In this document: positions 1 to 8,949 of the stretch, piece after piece
How the letters are laid out: the number at the start of each line of letters is the position of its first letter
Numbering within the stretch: the stretch's first letter is position 1
NCBI GenBank assembly: GCA_944372795.1
Contig: CALWAF010000004.1
Span: 1,165-65,164 of the forward strand
Source: an uncultured Clostridia bacterium
GTDB taxonomy: Bacteria > Bacillota > Clostridia > Christensenellales > CAG-917
Direction of reading: 5' to 3'
Length of the DNA stretch: 64,000 nucleotides
Notes under the pieces: model-generated
Databases searched by the model: none
Seen by the model: only the letters and a program-made list of their open reading frames with translations
What the model was told of the DNA's origin: nothing
Translations under genes and position numbers: made by a program

Positions 1-3000
1 TCGTCACGCTGTCAGGAATGGCGACGGAGGTCAAGCTGCTGCAACCATTGAAGGCAAAATCACCTATGCTCGTCACGCCGTCCCCAATAGTGACGGAGGT
101 CAAACTTCTGCAATTCCAAAAGGCATAATCGCCTATGCTCGTCACGCTGTCAGGAATGGTGACGGAGGTCAAACTTCTGCAACCCTCGAAGGCACGATTC
201 CCTATGCTCTCTCCGCTCGTCAATACAGCCGTTTGCAAACTGTCCTGCGGGATATAATCGATCGCAAGCGTCGGCATTGTCGCGGAAGTTATGTTGCTGC
301 ATCCTTCGAAAGCTCCCTGCCCTATGCTCGTCACGCTGTCAGGAATGGTGATCGAGGTCAAGCCGCTGCAACTCCTGAAAGCACCATACTCTATGCTCGT
401 CACGCTGTCAGGGATGGTAACAGAGGCCAAACTGCTGCAACCATCGAAGGCATAGTTCCCTATGCTCGTCACGTTATCAGGAATGATTACGGAGGTCAAG
501 CTACTGCAGCCGGAGAAGGTACTATACCCTATGCTCGTCACGCTGTCAGGGATGGTGACGGAGATCAGGCTGCTGCAACCCGAAAAAGCAGAAGAGCCTA
601 TGCTAGTCACGCTGTCAGGAATGGTGACGGAGATCAGGCTGCTGCAACCGGAGAAGGTACTACCCTCTATGCTCGTCACGCCGTTCCCGATGGTGACGGA
701 GGTCAAACCGCTGCAACCGGAGAAAGCACCGATTCCTATGCTCGCCACGCCATTCGGAATGGTGATGGAGGTCAGTCCGATGCAATCACGGAAGGCGTAA
801 TCCTCTATGTCGGTTACACTGTCTGGGATGGAGATAGATGTCAAGCTGCTGCAACCATAAAAAGCACGATTCCCTATGCTCTCTCCACTCGTCAATACAA
901 CCGTTTGCAAACTGTCTTGCGGAACGGCATCAATAGCAATAGTCGGCATTGTTGCGGAAGTTATGTTGATGCAACCATCGAAGGCATAGTTCCCCATGCT
1001 CGTCACGCCGTTCCCGATGGTGACGGAGGTCAAGCCGCTGCAACCATAGAAGGCATATTCCCCTATGCTCGTCACGCTGTCAGGAATCACAAGATCGGTC
1101 ACCAACTTGCCATTTAGGTACAAATCATGCGCATGGTATAGCGGGTTGGAAGCAGAGTCGCCAAAGTCTATCCCGCACCATGTGGCGATGTTTGTTATGT
1201 AGACCGCTGTCAATCCGCCGCAATCAAGGAAGGCATAACTCCCTATGCTCGTCACGCTGTCAGGAATGGTGACGGAGGCCAAACTGCTGCAACCATCGAA
1301 GGCATAGTTCCCTATGCTCGTCACGCTATCAGGAATGGTGACGAAGATCAAACTACTGCAGCCGGAGAAGGCACTATACCCTATGCTCGTCACGCCGTTC
1401 CCGATGATGACGGAGGTCAAGCCGCTGCAACCATAGAAAGCCGAATCCCCTATGATCGTCACGCCGTCCCCTATGGTGACGGAGGTCAAGCCGCTGCAAC
1501 CATAAAAAGCACGATTCCCTATACTCTCTCCGCTCGTCAACACAACCGTTTGCAAACTTTCTTGCGGGATGTAATCAATTGCAATGGTCGGCATTGTTGC
1601 GGAAGTTATGTTGATGCAACCCTCGAAGGCATAAATCCCTATGCTCGTCACTCCCTCCCCTATGGTGACGGAGGTCAAACTGCTGCAACCGTAGAAGGCC
1701 CAATCCCCTATGATCGTCACGCTATCGGGGATGGTGACGGAGGTCAGACTGTCGCAATAATAAAAGGCATGATCATCTATGCTCGTCCCTCCCGTAATGA
1801 CCACCTCTTGCAGCGACACCGGAATAGCATTAAGTTGATCATTATAACGCGAGACCCCGAAGATATACCCGAAGTGCGTATAGCTCGTCCCATCCTTTGT
1901 CAAACCGACAAAAGGCAATGTTATGCTTTCAAGCGAGCTACAATTCTCAAAGGCACCAAATCCTATACTCGTCACGCTGTCGGGGATGGTGGCGGAGGTC
2001 AACCCGCTGCAACCGGAGAAGGCATACCGACCTATGCTTGTCACGCTGTCAGGGATCACGAGATCGGTCACCAACTCGCCATTAAGATATAGGTTATGCG
2101 CATAGTAAAGCGGGTTGGAAGAAGAGTCGGCAAACTCTATCCCGCACCATGCGGCGATGTCTGTGATGTAGACCGCTGTCAATCCGCTGCAATCGGAGAA
2201 GGCATAATAATCTATGCTCGTCACGCTGTTCGGGATGGTGACGGAGGCCAAATCGTCGCAACCATCGAAGGCAGAATAGCCTATGCTCGTCACGCCGTCC
2301 CCAATGTTGACGAAGGTCAAGCTGCTGCAATACCAGAAGGCACGATCCCCTATGCTCGTCACGCCGTCAGGGATGGTGACGGAGGTCAGACTGCTGCAGC
2401 CGGAGAAGGCATAACCTCCTATGCTCGTCACCCCGTTCGGAATCACAAGATCCGTCACCAACTCTCCATTCAAATACAGGTTGTGGGCGTAGTAAAGCGG
2501 GTTGGAAGCAGAGCCGCCAAACCCTATTCCGCACCATGCAGCGATGTCTGTGATGTAGACCGCCGTCAAGCTGCTGCACTCCGAGAAGGCATTTCCTCCT
2601 ATGCTCGTCACGCTGTCAGGGATGGTGACGGAGGTCAAACTGCTGCAACCACTGAATGCATAATCATCTATGCTCGCCCCTCCTGTGATGACGACTTCTT
2701 TCAACGAAGCGGGAACATAGTCTGCATTGGAACTAGAACTCGAAGCGCCGAAGATATGCCCGAAGTGCGTGTCTTCCGTTCCATCATTTGTGGCGCCGAC
2801 AAAAGGCAATGTTATGCTTTCAAGCGAACTGCAATTCTGAACGGCATACTGTCCTATGCTAGTCACGCTGTCAGGAATGGTGATCGAGGTCAAGCCGCTG
2901 CAACCATAGAAGGCAGACCCTCCTATATTCGTCACGCCGTCCGGGATGGTGATCGAGGTCAAACTGCTGCAACCCGAAAAAGCAGAAGAGCCTATGTTAG

Positions 3001-5998
3001 TCACGCTGTCAGGAATGGTGACGGAGGTCAGGCTGCTGCAATTGCAGAAAGCCACATCCCCTATGCTCGTCACGCTGTCCGGGATGGTGACGGAGGTCAA
3101 ACTGCTGCAACCATAGAAGGCACGATTCCCTATGCTCTCTCCACTCGTCAATACAACCGTTTGCAAACTGTCTTGCGGGATTGCATCAATTGCAATGGTC
3201 GGCATTGTTGCGGAAGTTATGTTGATACATCCTTCGAAGGCAGAAGACCTTATGCGCGTCACGCTGTCGGGAATGGTGATGGAGGTCAGGCCGATGCAAT
3301 CACGGAAGGCGTAATCCTCTATGTCGGTTACACTGTCCGGGATGGAGATAGATGTAAGAGCACTGCGCCCGTCGAAGGCGGAATACCCTATGCTTGTCAC
3401 ACCGTGCGGGATGGTAATATCCCCTGCAACAGCAGCGGGGATGAAGATCAATTCCGTCTTCGCTTTGTTGTATAACACTCCGTCCACGCTCGCGTAGGCG
3501 GCATTCTTTGCATCGACCTTGATCGATGTCAATCCGGTGCAACCGGAGAAGGCGTCGCTCTCTATGTTTGTCACGCCCTCACCAATGTTCACGGAAGTCA
3601 AGCCGGTGCAATCCTCGAAGGCATAATCTCCAATCGTCCCTCCCGTGATGGTGACTTCTTTCAAGGAAGCGGGAACATAGTCGTCATTGTAACTAGAACT
3701 CGAAGCACCGAAGATATACCCGAAGTGTGTATAGCTCGTCCCATCCTTTGTCAAACCGACAAAAGGCAATGTTATGCTTTCAAGCGAACTGCAATTCTGG
3801 AAGGCATACTGCCCTATGCTCGTCACGCTGTCAGGAATGGTGACGGAGGTCATGCCGGTGCAGCCAGAGAAAGCACCCCGCGCTATGATAGTCACGCCGT
3901 TCCCAATAGTGACAGAACTCAAACCGATGCAGTCCTTAAATACATATTCCTCTATGATTGTCACGCTGTCGGGGATGGTGATTGACGTCAGTCCGCTGCA
4001 ACCATTAAAGGCATACCAACCTATGAACGTTACGTCGTTCGGGATGGTGATCGCTGCCAATTCGCTACGGCCCTCGAATTCATAAGTACCTATGCGCGTC
4101 ACTCCTTCAGGGATGACCACATGACCGCTGACCTTCAAGGGAACATACTCTATTTGATTGTTGCTGTACAAAACCCCGCTTTGAGAATAATAGCCCGGGT
4201 TATCTTCCGACACCGTTATGCGCTCCAACATCTCACAATCGGAAAATGCCGTGTCGGCAATATCCGTCACATATTCGGGGATATAAAGCTCCGTGACCGT
4301 GGTGTCTGTAACGCCCGTGATGTGGCAAACGGAGTCGGTGGCGGTAAAGATATATCCCGCCATCTCATCCTTCACCGTCCATTTCGCCGTAAGTTCCACG
4401 CCGTCTACGGGCACGGTGAATGTGTATTCGAGATCCGTCGTGCACAAGGTGTCGCCTTCGTACCAGCCGACGAAATCATAGCCGAGAGGCGAAACCGCCT
4501 GCACCGTCACCTCGGAGAGAACATCATATTCTCCCGTCCCGATGACCTTTGCGCCGTCCGTATCGGCGGTCAGGAGCACATTATAGCGGTCGATAGTGTA
4601 CTTGGCGTACACCGTGGTGTCATTGAGCAGCGTCCATCCTGACGTACTCTGTCCGTTTGCGTCCGTGATGCGGGTGCCGTCCGCAAGGAACCACCCGTCG
4701 AATTGATAATATTCCCGCACTGCCACAGGGAAGGTGAAGTCCGCGTCATACGTGACGGTGACCGTATTTGTCGACACACTGCCTTCCTCGGCATCCAATG
4801 TCACCGTATATTCGTTGGGCGTACAGATCGGATAAACGTGAGCGTCTTGTTTCACCATTCCGGTGCTGTTATATTCCTCGTCATCCACGTACCATCCGGT
4901 GAGTGTGTATCCGTCAAAAGCCCCATGTGCATATCCTTGTTGCCGATAGAACTCGGCCCATTGCTCTATTGTTTCGAGCTTCTGCCCGTCGGAGTAAAGG
5001 GGACCGAAGTACGGAGCATCAAACTGTATTGAGAAAAACACGTCCCCATACGGATCGTGCGCATACACTATGACGGGATATTGCTTGAACAGATTTACCG
5101 TATATACCCGTGCCGCCGTTCCGTCAGGGAAATATGTTTGCAGATAAAAGAGGTTGTCTCCGTCGGCAAAAGCTGCTTCCGACAGCGGCAGTTCCAACGA
5201 TATCTCTTCCGAACATGCCGCATCCTTGAACAGCCTCATCTCCACTCCCTCTTCAATTTGACAAATGCTGCCAAAATCTATGACGCTCGGCAGATCGGGG
5301 TGGTCAAATTCGACAAAAAGCTGAAGGGTCAGCTTCTTAACGTCCAGTTCGGCTGATTCGCGCATCCAGCCGGGAGAATACACAGCCTCTATCTCACCAG
5401 TAAGCCAGCGCGCGTAAAGGTCGAGAGAGGATGCGACCATGTTGTTGTCGAAATCCCATTTTTCGGTAAAGTTCGGATCGGTGTACCAACCATCCAAATA
5501 CTTTCCCGATTGCGGTTCGACCTCGGGAGGCACGACCAGATCGCCCGCATCAAGCTGCGTCTGACTGTCATAGATGTTGCCGTCGACCCTGAAAGTCACC
5601 GTAAACTTCGGCTCGCCGTCCTCTCCGCCGAATTGATCCATATAGAACGTGAGCGTGTTTCCTTCGATCTCCAACGTGACAGCCCCGGCGCCCGCATCGT
5701 ATCTTGCGATGCACGTCTGCGTGTCTCCGGAATAGAAGATCATCTCATAGGGCGACGTGATCTCATATGTACCGCTTATGCCTAGGCTCATCTCCCACGT
5801 CAGATCGGGATTGAGCTGCAACCACACGGGAGAAGACGCCGCCGGCATCACAGCATAATAACGTCCGTATGTGATGACGTCTTCATCGCCGGGCTCGCCA
5901 AGATCATCGGGGTCGTCTCCGTTGCAGGCGGCGAGGATGCCGACCGCCAGAACGAAGCAACACAACAGTGCCATCAACAAGAACAACTTCTTTTTCAT
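1..5998 (-). CDS. Giant cell-surface lipoprotein with N-terminal Listeria-Bacteroides (Flg_new-like) repeats and many BspA-type leucine-rich repeats (LRR_5). The 5' end is complete; the 3' end runs off the window (>=1,999 aa).
   Basis: A minus-strand ATG at 5996-5998 is preceded by GGAGGG. The translation starts MKKKLFLLMALLCCFVLAVGILAAC-NGDD, with a lipobox LAAC. The reverse complement of the ~69-nt DNA repeat reads ..AF.GCSSLTSVTIPDSVTSIG.. The GGT codon at 44-46 is in the same phase as the ATG. No complete minus ORF ending here appears in the track, which omits edge-truncated ORFs. The N-terminal part has GWYTD../FDGWF../FVGWYEGD motifs. Confidence 0.85.
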   Translation of the reverse strand, partial: MKKKLFLLMALLCCFVLAVGILAACNGDDPDDLGEPGDEDVITYGRYYAVMPAASSPVWLQLNPDLTWEMSLGISGTYEITSPYEMIFYSGDTQTCIARYDAGAGAVTLEIEGNTLTFYMDQFGGEDGEPKFTVTFRVDGNIYDSQTQLDAGDLVVPPEVEPQSGKYLDGWYTDPNFTEKWDFDNNMVASSLDLYARWLTGEIEAVYSPGWMRESAELDVKKLTLQLFVEFDHPDLPSVIDFGSICQIEEGVEMRLFKDAACSEEISLELPLSEAAFADGDNLFYLQTYFPDGTAARVYTVNLFKQYPVIVYAHDPYGDVFFSIQFDAPYFGPLYSDGQKLETIEQWAEFYRQQGYAHGAFDGYTLTGWYVDDEEYNSTGMVKQDAHVYPICTPNEYTVTLDAEEGSVSTNTVTVTYDADFTFPVAVREYYQFDGWFLADGTRITDANGQSTSGWTLLNDTTVYAKYTIDRYNVLLTADTDGAKVIGTGEYDVLSEVTVQAVSPLGYDFVGWYEGDTLCTTDLEYTFTVPVDGVELTAKWTVKDEMAGYIFTATDSVCHITGVTDTTVTELYIPEYVTDIADTAFSDCEMLERITVSEDNPGYYSQSGVLYSNNQIEYVPLKVSGHVVIPEGVTRIGTYEFEGRSELAAITIPNDVTFIGWYAFNGCSGLTSITIPDSVTIIEEYVFKDCIGLSSVTIGNGVTIIARGAFSGCTGMTSVTIPDSVTSIGQYAFQNCSSLESITLPFVGLTKDGTSYTHFGYIFGASSSSYNDDYVPASLKEVTITGGTIGDYAFEDCTGLTSVNIGEGVTNIESDAFSGCTGLTSIKVDAKNAAYASVDGVLYNKAKTELIFIPAAVAGDITIPHGVTSIGYSAFDGRSALTSISIPDSVTDIEDYAFRDCIGLTSITIPDSVTRIRSSAFEGCINITSATMPTIAIDAIPQDSLQTVVLTSGESIGNRAFYGCSSLTSVTIPDSVTSIGDVAFCNCSSLTSVTIPDSVTNIGSSAFSGCSSLTSITIPDGVTNIGGSAFYGCSGLTSITIPDSVTSIGQYAVQNCSSLESITLPFVGATNDGTEDTHFGHIFGASSSSSNADYVPASLKEVVITGGASIDDYAFSGCSSLTSVTIPDSVTSIGGNAFSECSSLTAVYITDIAAWCGIGFGGSASNPLYYAHNLYLNGELVTDLVIPNGVTSIGGYAFSGCSSLTSVTIPDGVTSIGDRAFWYCSSLTFVNIGDGVTSIGYSAFDGCDDLASVTIPNSVTSIDYYAFSDCSGLTAVYITDIAAWCGIEFADSSSNPLYYAHNLYLNGELVTDLVIPDSVTSIGRYAFSGCSGLTSATIPDSVTSIGFGAFENCSSLESITLPFVGLTKDGTSYTHFGYIFGVSRYNDQLNAIPVSLQEVVITGGTSIDDHAFYYCDSLTSVTIPDSVTIIGDWAFYGCSSLTSVTIGEGVTSIGIYAFEGCINITSATMPTIAIDYIPQESLQTVVLTSGESIGNRAFYGCSGLTSVTIGDGVTIIGDSAFYGCSGLTSVIIGNGVTSIGYSAFSGCSSLIFVTIPDSVTSIGNYAFDGCSSLASVTIPDSVTSIGSYAFLDCGGLTAVYITNIATWCGIDFGDSASNPLYHAHDLYLNGKLVTDLVIPDSVTSIGEYAFYGCSGLTSVTIGNGVTSMGNYAFDGCINITSATMPTIAIDAVPQDSLQTVVLTSGESIGNRAFYGCSSLTSISIPDSVTDIEDYAFRDCIGLTSITIPNGVASIGIGAFSGCSGLTSVTIGNGVTSIEGSTFSGCSSLISVTIPDSVTSIGSSAFSGCSSLISVTIPDSVTSIGYSTFSGCSSLTSVIIPDNVTSIGNYAFDGCSSLASVTIPDSVTSIEYGAFRSCSGLTSITIPDSVTSIGQGAFEGCSNITSATMPTLAIDYIPQDSLQTAVLTSGESIGNRAFEGCRSLTSVTIPDSVTSIGDYAFWNCRSLTSVTIGDGVTSIGDFAFNGCSSLTSVAIPDSVT

Positions 5999-6068
5999 GC
6001 TGCCCTCCAAACACGGGAAGCCCGCTTATAATATGATCGGATTTTTTAGGAATCTAATCAATATAAGA

Positions 6069-6097
6069 ATTATATATTTAATTTCTTGATAAGTCAA
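6069..6097 (-). promoter_or_regulatory. Sigma-70-type promoter for the LRR lipoprotein gene
   Basis: The minus strand reads TTGACT (6097-6092), a 17-nt spacer, then TATAAT (6074-6069). It lies about 70 nt upstream of the ATG at 5998 in an AT-rich stretch. Confidence 0.6.
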
Positions 6098-6139
6098 GCC
6101 GCGTTTAGGATGGGAACGCCTTGTAAAACGTTTATTGAC

Positions 6140-6263
6140 CTGACGCTCTCATTTGGATGAGATGCGCAAAAAAGCCCCGTTTTCGGCGAGGCGCGTACTA
6201 AACCGTACGTAACGAGCCGAAAACGGGGCTTTGACAAAGCAGGTCGCCAAATGAGAGCGTCAG
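6140..6263. repeat. Family T nested palindromic element, copy T1
   Basis: CTGACGCTCTCATTTGG ... CCAAATGAGAGCGTCAG forms the outer stem. The middle stem is GCCCCGTTTTCGGC/GCCGAAAACGGGGC and the core is CGTAC-TAAACC-GTACG. Bases 6260-6262 are the TGA stop of the TetR gene. Confidence 0.9.
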
Positions 6264-6853
6264 GCGCAGTATTCACATAGCGTCGTCTCCGCCAAAATAC
6301 TCAACTGCTGCTTGATGTCGTCTTGGGTGTAGTTGGGCTCTTCGAGCAGCCACCATTTGATGAGGGAGATGATGCCGCCGGCGAAGAATTCGGCGAGGAT
6401 GTCGGCGGGGATCTTGCCGGCTCCTTCTTTGGGCTTGGCTTTGGTGAGCCTGCCGACGATGTTGTGGGTGAGGATCTCGTGCACCTTGTCGAAGACGAGG
6501 GCGCTGTCCGCCTTGAGGATGATGGTCTTCAGGCGTTTGCGGTATTGCGCGAGGAAGTTGATGCCGAGGGACATGACCTCGTTGTAGTAAGTGATGAGGT
6601 CGCTCTCGCCGTGTGCCTGTTTGACCTGCTCGTGCAAGCCGTACATGACGTCGCTGATGCACTTGTCGAGCAGCTGATACTTATCCTCGAAATGGGTGTA
6701 GAAAGTGCCGCGATTGATGAGAGCGCGGTCGCATATGTCGATGACCGTGATGGAACCGAACGACTTCTCGTCGAGAAGCTCGTAGAACGCGTCGACGATC
6801 GCTTTCTGTGTGCGCTGGATGCGAAGATCCGTCTTGTTTGAATTCTTTGCCAT
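6260..6853 (-). CDS. TetR/AcrR family transcriptional regulator (197 aa)
   Basis: An internal ATG at 6853 of the 305-aa track ORF gives MAKNSNKTDLRIQRTQKAIVDAFYELLDEKSFGSITVIDICDRALINRGTFYTHFEDKY, a typical TetR N-terminal HTH. Confidence 0.9.
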   Translation of the reverse strand: MAKNSNKTDLRIQRTQKAIVDAFYELLDEKSFGSITVIDICDRALINRGTFYTHFEDKYQLLDKCISDVMYGLHEQVKQAHGESDLITYYNEVMSLGINFLAQYRKRLKTIILKADSALVFDKVHEILTHNIVGRLTKAKPKEGAGKIPADILAEFFAGGIISLIKWWLLEEPNYTQDDIKQQLSILAETTLCEYCA

Positions 6854-6864
6854 AAAGTCCTCCG

Positions 6865-7437
6865 TCAGCTTATGTGTTTTATTTTGATGAGCGAACTCTC
6901 TCCCTGCTCCGCACGGGCGAAGGGGGAGCGTACCCTGCGTGCGACCGCGCGGGCGGCGAGCGCCGCAAGCAGCACGGACAGCACGTCCTTTGCGATGTAA
7001 GGCACGGACACGGCGAGCGCCGAAGCGCCGAGCTCGCTGCCCGTAACGAGCGCATACTGCCCCACCCCCGCCATGTGGCACAACGCAAGCCCTGCCGCGG
7101 CAAGCAGCACGGATGCGGGACGTTTGAGTCCCTCGCCCGCCACGCCGCACAGCGCGGCAAGGGGGAGAAACCCCCACAAAAAGCCGCCCGTGACGCCGAT
7201 GAGTTTATAGAACCCGCCCGTGAATCCCGCGCATACGGGCGCGCCGCAGGCGCACAGCGCGAGGTATACCGCCACCGACGCCAGCGAGCACTTCCACCCG
7301 AGGAAGAACCCCGCGAACGCCACCGCGAACGTCTGCAGCGTGAGCGGGACTCCCGACGGGAGAGGTATGCTGATTTGCGACAAAACGGCGGTTAACGCGG
7401 CGAAAAGCGCAATATAAACCAGCTTTTTCGTCTTCAA
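6865..7437 (-). CDS. bioY: Biotin transporter S component BioY (190 aa)
   Basis: The start is TTG at 7437 with GAAAGG upstream. The protein is hydrophobic with about 6 TM segments: KKLVYIALFAALTAVLSQISIPLPSGVPLTLQTFAVAFAGFFLG...PYIAKDVL. The rest of the 583-aa track ORF is an antisense shadow of rocD. Confidence 0.85.
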   Translation of the reverse strand: MKTKKLVYIALFAALTAVLSQISIPLPSGVPLTLQTFAVAFAGFFLGWKCSLASVAVYLALCACGAPVCAGFTGGFYKLIGVTGGFLWGFLPLAALCGVAGEGLKRPASVLLAAAGLALCHMAGVGQYALVTGSELGASALAVSVPYIAKDVLSVLLAALAARAVARRVRSPFARAEQGESSLIKIKHIS

Positions 7438-7463
7438 CGACCTTTCGCGAACATCACGCCGTT

Positions 7464-8708
7464 TCACTTTGCAAACGCCCTCGCGATCCTTTCCGCCGCC
7501 TCGTCGAGCTCCTCGATAGAGATGTTGAGAGGAGGCGCGAAACGTATGGTGCGCTCGTGGGTCTCTTTGGCGAGCACTCCGTTTTCGATGAGCGCGGCTA
7601 CATAGGGTGCGGCGGGGACTTTGAACTCCACACCGATGAGCAGTCCTCTGCCCCTGATCTCGACTATATCGTCGTTGTCTACCGCGGCAAGCGCGCGGCG
7701 GAGCCTTTCTCCCTTCTCGCGTGCCATACCCGCGTAGTCGTCGCGGCGCACGATCTCCATGGCTTTGAGGGCGACCGCGCAGGCGAGAGGATTGCCCCCG
7801 AACGTCGACCCGTGCGAGCCGGGCTCGTAGACGCCCAAGGTGTCCTCGTCCGCGCAGACCGCGCTGACGGGCATGATGCCGCCGCCCAACGCCTTGCCCA
7901 GAATGTAGATGTCGGGCACGACGCCCTCGTGGTCGCAGGCGAACATATCCCCCGTGCGAGCGAAGCCCGTCTGCACCTCGTCGGCGATCATGAGTATGCC
8001 GCGGCGGGTGCACAGCTCGCGCACGGCGGCGATGTAGCCCTCGGGAGGCAGGATGACGCCCGCCTCGCCCTGTATGGGCTCGAAGAGGAATGCGACGGTG
8101 TCGGGACCGACTGCTCTCTCCAGCGCCGCAACGTCGCCGTACGGCACCACGTCGAAACCTTCGGTGAAGGGGGCGAATCCCCTTCTCGCGCTCTCGTCCG
8201 TGCTCATGCCGATGATGCTGATCGTCCTGCCGTGGAAGTTGCCCGCGCAGCACACGATGCGCTGTCTGCCGTCGGGGACGCCCTTGACGAAGGCTCCCCA
8301 TCTGCGTGCGGTCTTCAGCGCCGTTTCCACCGCCTCCGCGCCCGTGTTCATGGGCAGAGCCATACCCTTGCCCGTAAGCGCGCAGAGCGCCTTGCAGAAC
8401 TCGCCGAGCAGCCCGTTGTGGAAGGCGCGGGACGTGAGGGTGACACGGTCCAGCTGCTCCTTGGCGGCGGCGACGATCTCGGGATGACGGTGCCCGAAAT
8501 TGAGCGCGCTGTAAGCGGAGAGCATGTCGAAGTACTCCCTGCCGTCGGCGTCGCGGACGCGCGCTCCCTCCGCCCACGTCACGACGACGGGCTTGGGCGC
8601 GTAATTGTGCGCGCAATATCTCTCGGTCTCCGCGATGATGCGGGCGGAGACGCTCTCGTTTTCGGATGTGTGTTTCGTAACGGCTCCTTTTCGCGCGGTG
8701 CGCGGCAA
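7464..8708 (-). CDS. rocD: Ornithine--oxo-acid aminotransferase (class III PLP aminotransferase)
   Basis: Supporting motifs are YCAHNYAPKPVV, LSAYSALNFGHRHPEIV, VTLTSRAFHN, FEPIQGEAG and DEVQTGFARTG, with the PLP-lysine context ILGKALGGG. The track start is TTG, so the true start is uncertain by a few codons. Confidence 0.85.
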   Translation of the reverse strand: MPRTARKGAVTKHTSENESVSARIIAETERYCAHNYAPKPVVVTWAEGARVRDADGREYFDMLSAYSALNFGHRHPEIVAAAKEQLDRVTLTSRAFHNGLLGEFCKALCALTGKGMALPMNTGAEAVETALKTARRWGAFVKGVPDGRQRIVCCAGNFHGRTISIIGMSTDESARRGFAPFTEGFDVVPYGDVAALERAVGPDTVAFLFEPIQGEAGVILPPEGYIAAVRELCTRRGILMIADEVQTGFARTGDMFACDHEGVVPDIYILGKALGGGIMPVSAVCADEDTLGVYEPGSHGSTFGGNPLACAVALKAMEIVRRDDYAGMAREKGERLRRALAAVDNDDIVEIRGRGLLIGVEFKVPAAPYVAALIENGVLAKETHERTIRFAPPLNISIEELDEAAERIARAFAK

Positions 8709-8888
8709 AAACCCCTATGCCCCTTGCGAACCTGCGGATGCCTGCGGGCGTCCTTCTTCATCATCATAGGTCATAATCGGACATCGGTCAATGAATGCTC
8801 GGTTTTTTATACTCAATTTAACAAAACTTTGCAATTGCCTAAAATTCGTATTTTTTTATACAACATTGTTTTTAACCCCTTGTTCGTC

Positions 8889-8917
8889 TTGCATATGACG
8901 AAAAAAAGTTGTATAAT
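8889..8917 (+). promoter_or_regulatory. Sigma-70-type promoter for the SDR gene
   Basis: TTGCAT (8889-8894), a 17-nt spacer, then TATAAT (8912-8917) preceded by TTG (TGn-like extension). A GAGG RBS lies before the ATG at 8950. Confidence 0.55.
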
Positions 8918-8949
8918 CTTTCAAAATATATATATGTGAGGTCGGTTTC

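Noticed and set aside
233-4085. A series of plus-strand ORFs (e.g. 233-1117, 1550-2092, 2096-3475, 3725-4085) encoding periodic ..PYARHAVRDGDGGQ(A/T)AAT.. peptides.
   Set aside because: They are the antisense echo of the minus-strand BspA-type LRR gene. Several overlapping frames are open, they lack RBSs, they start at alternative codons, and the minus-strand translation gives a textbook LRR_5 repeat continuous with a lipoprotein signal peptide.
6140-6156. The T terminus CTGACGCTC matches 9 nt of the Tn3-family inverted repeat (GGGGTCTGACGCTCAGTGG).
   Set aside because: The match is only 9 nt, and the flanking bases differ on both sides. There is no Tn3-type transposase or resolvase and no 38-bp IR. 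It is most likely coincidence.
6865-8616. A 583-aa minus ORF that would fuse an Arg-rich N-terminus to BioY.
   Set aside because: Only the last 190 aa, from TTG 7437 with an upstream RBS, look like a real protein (BioY). The upstream part overlaps rocD in another frame and is compositionally a shadow ORF.
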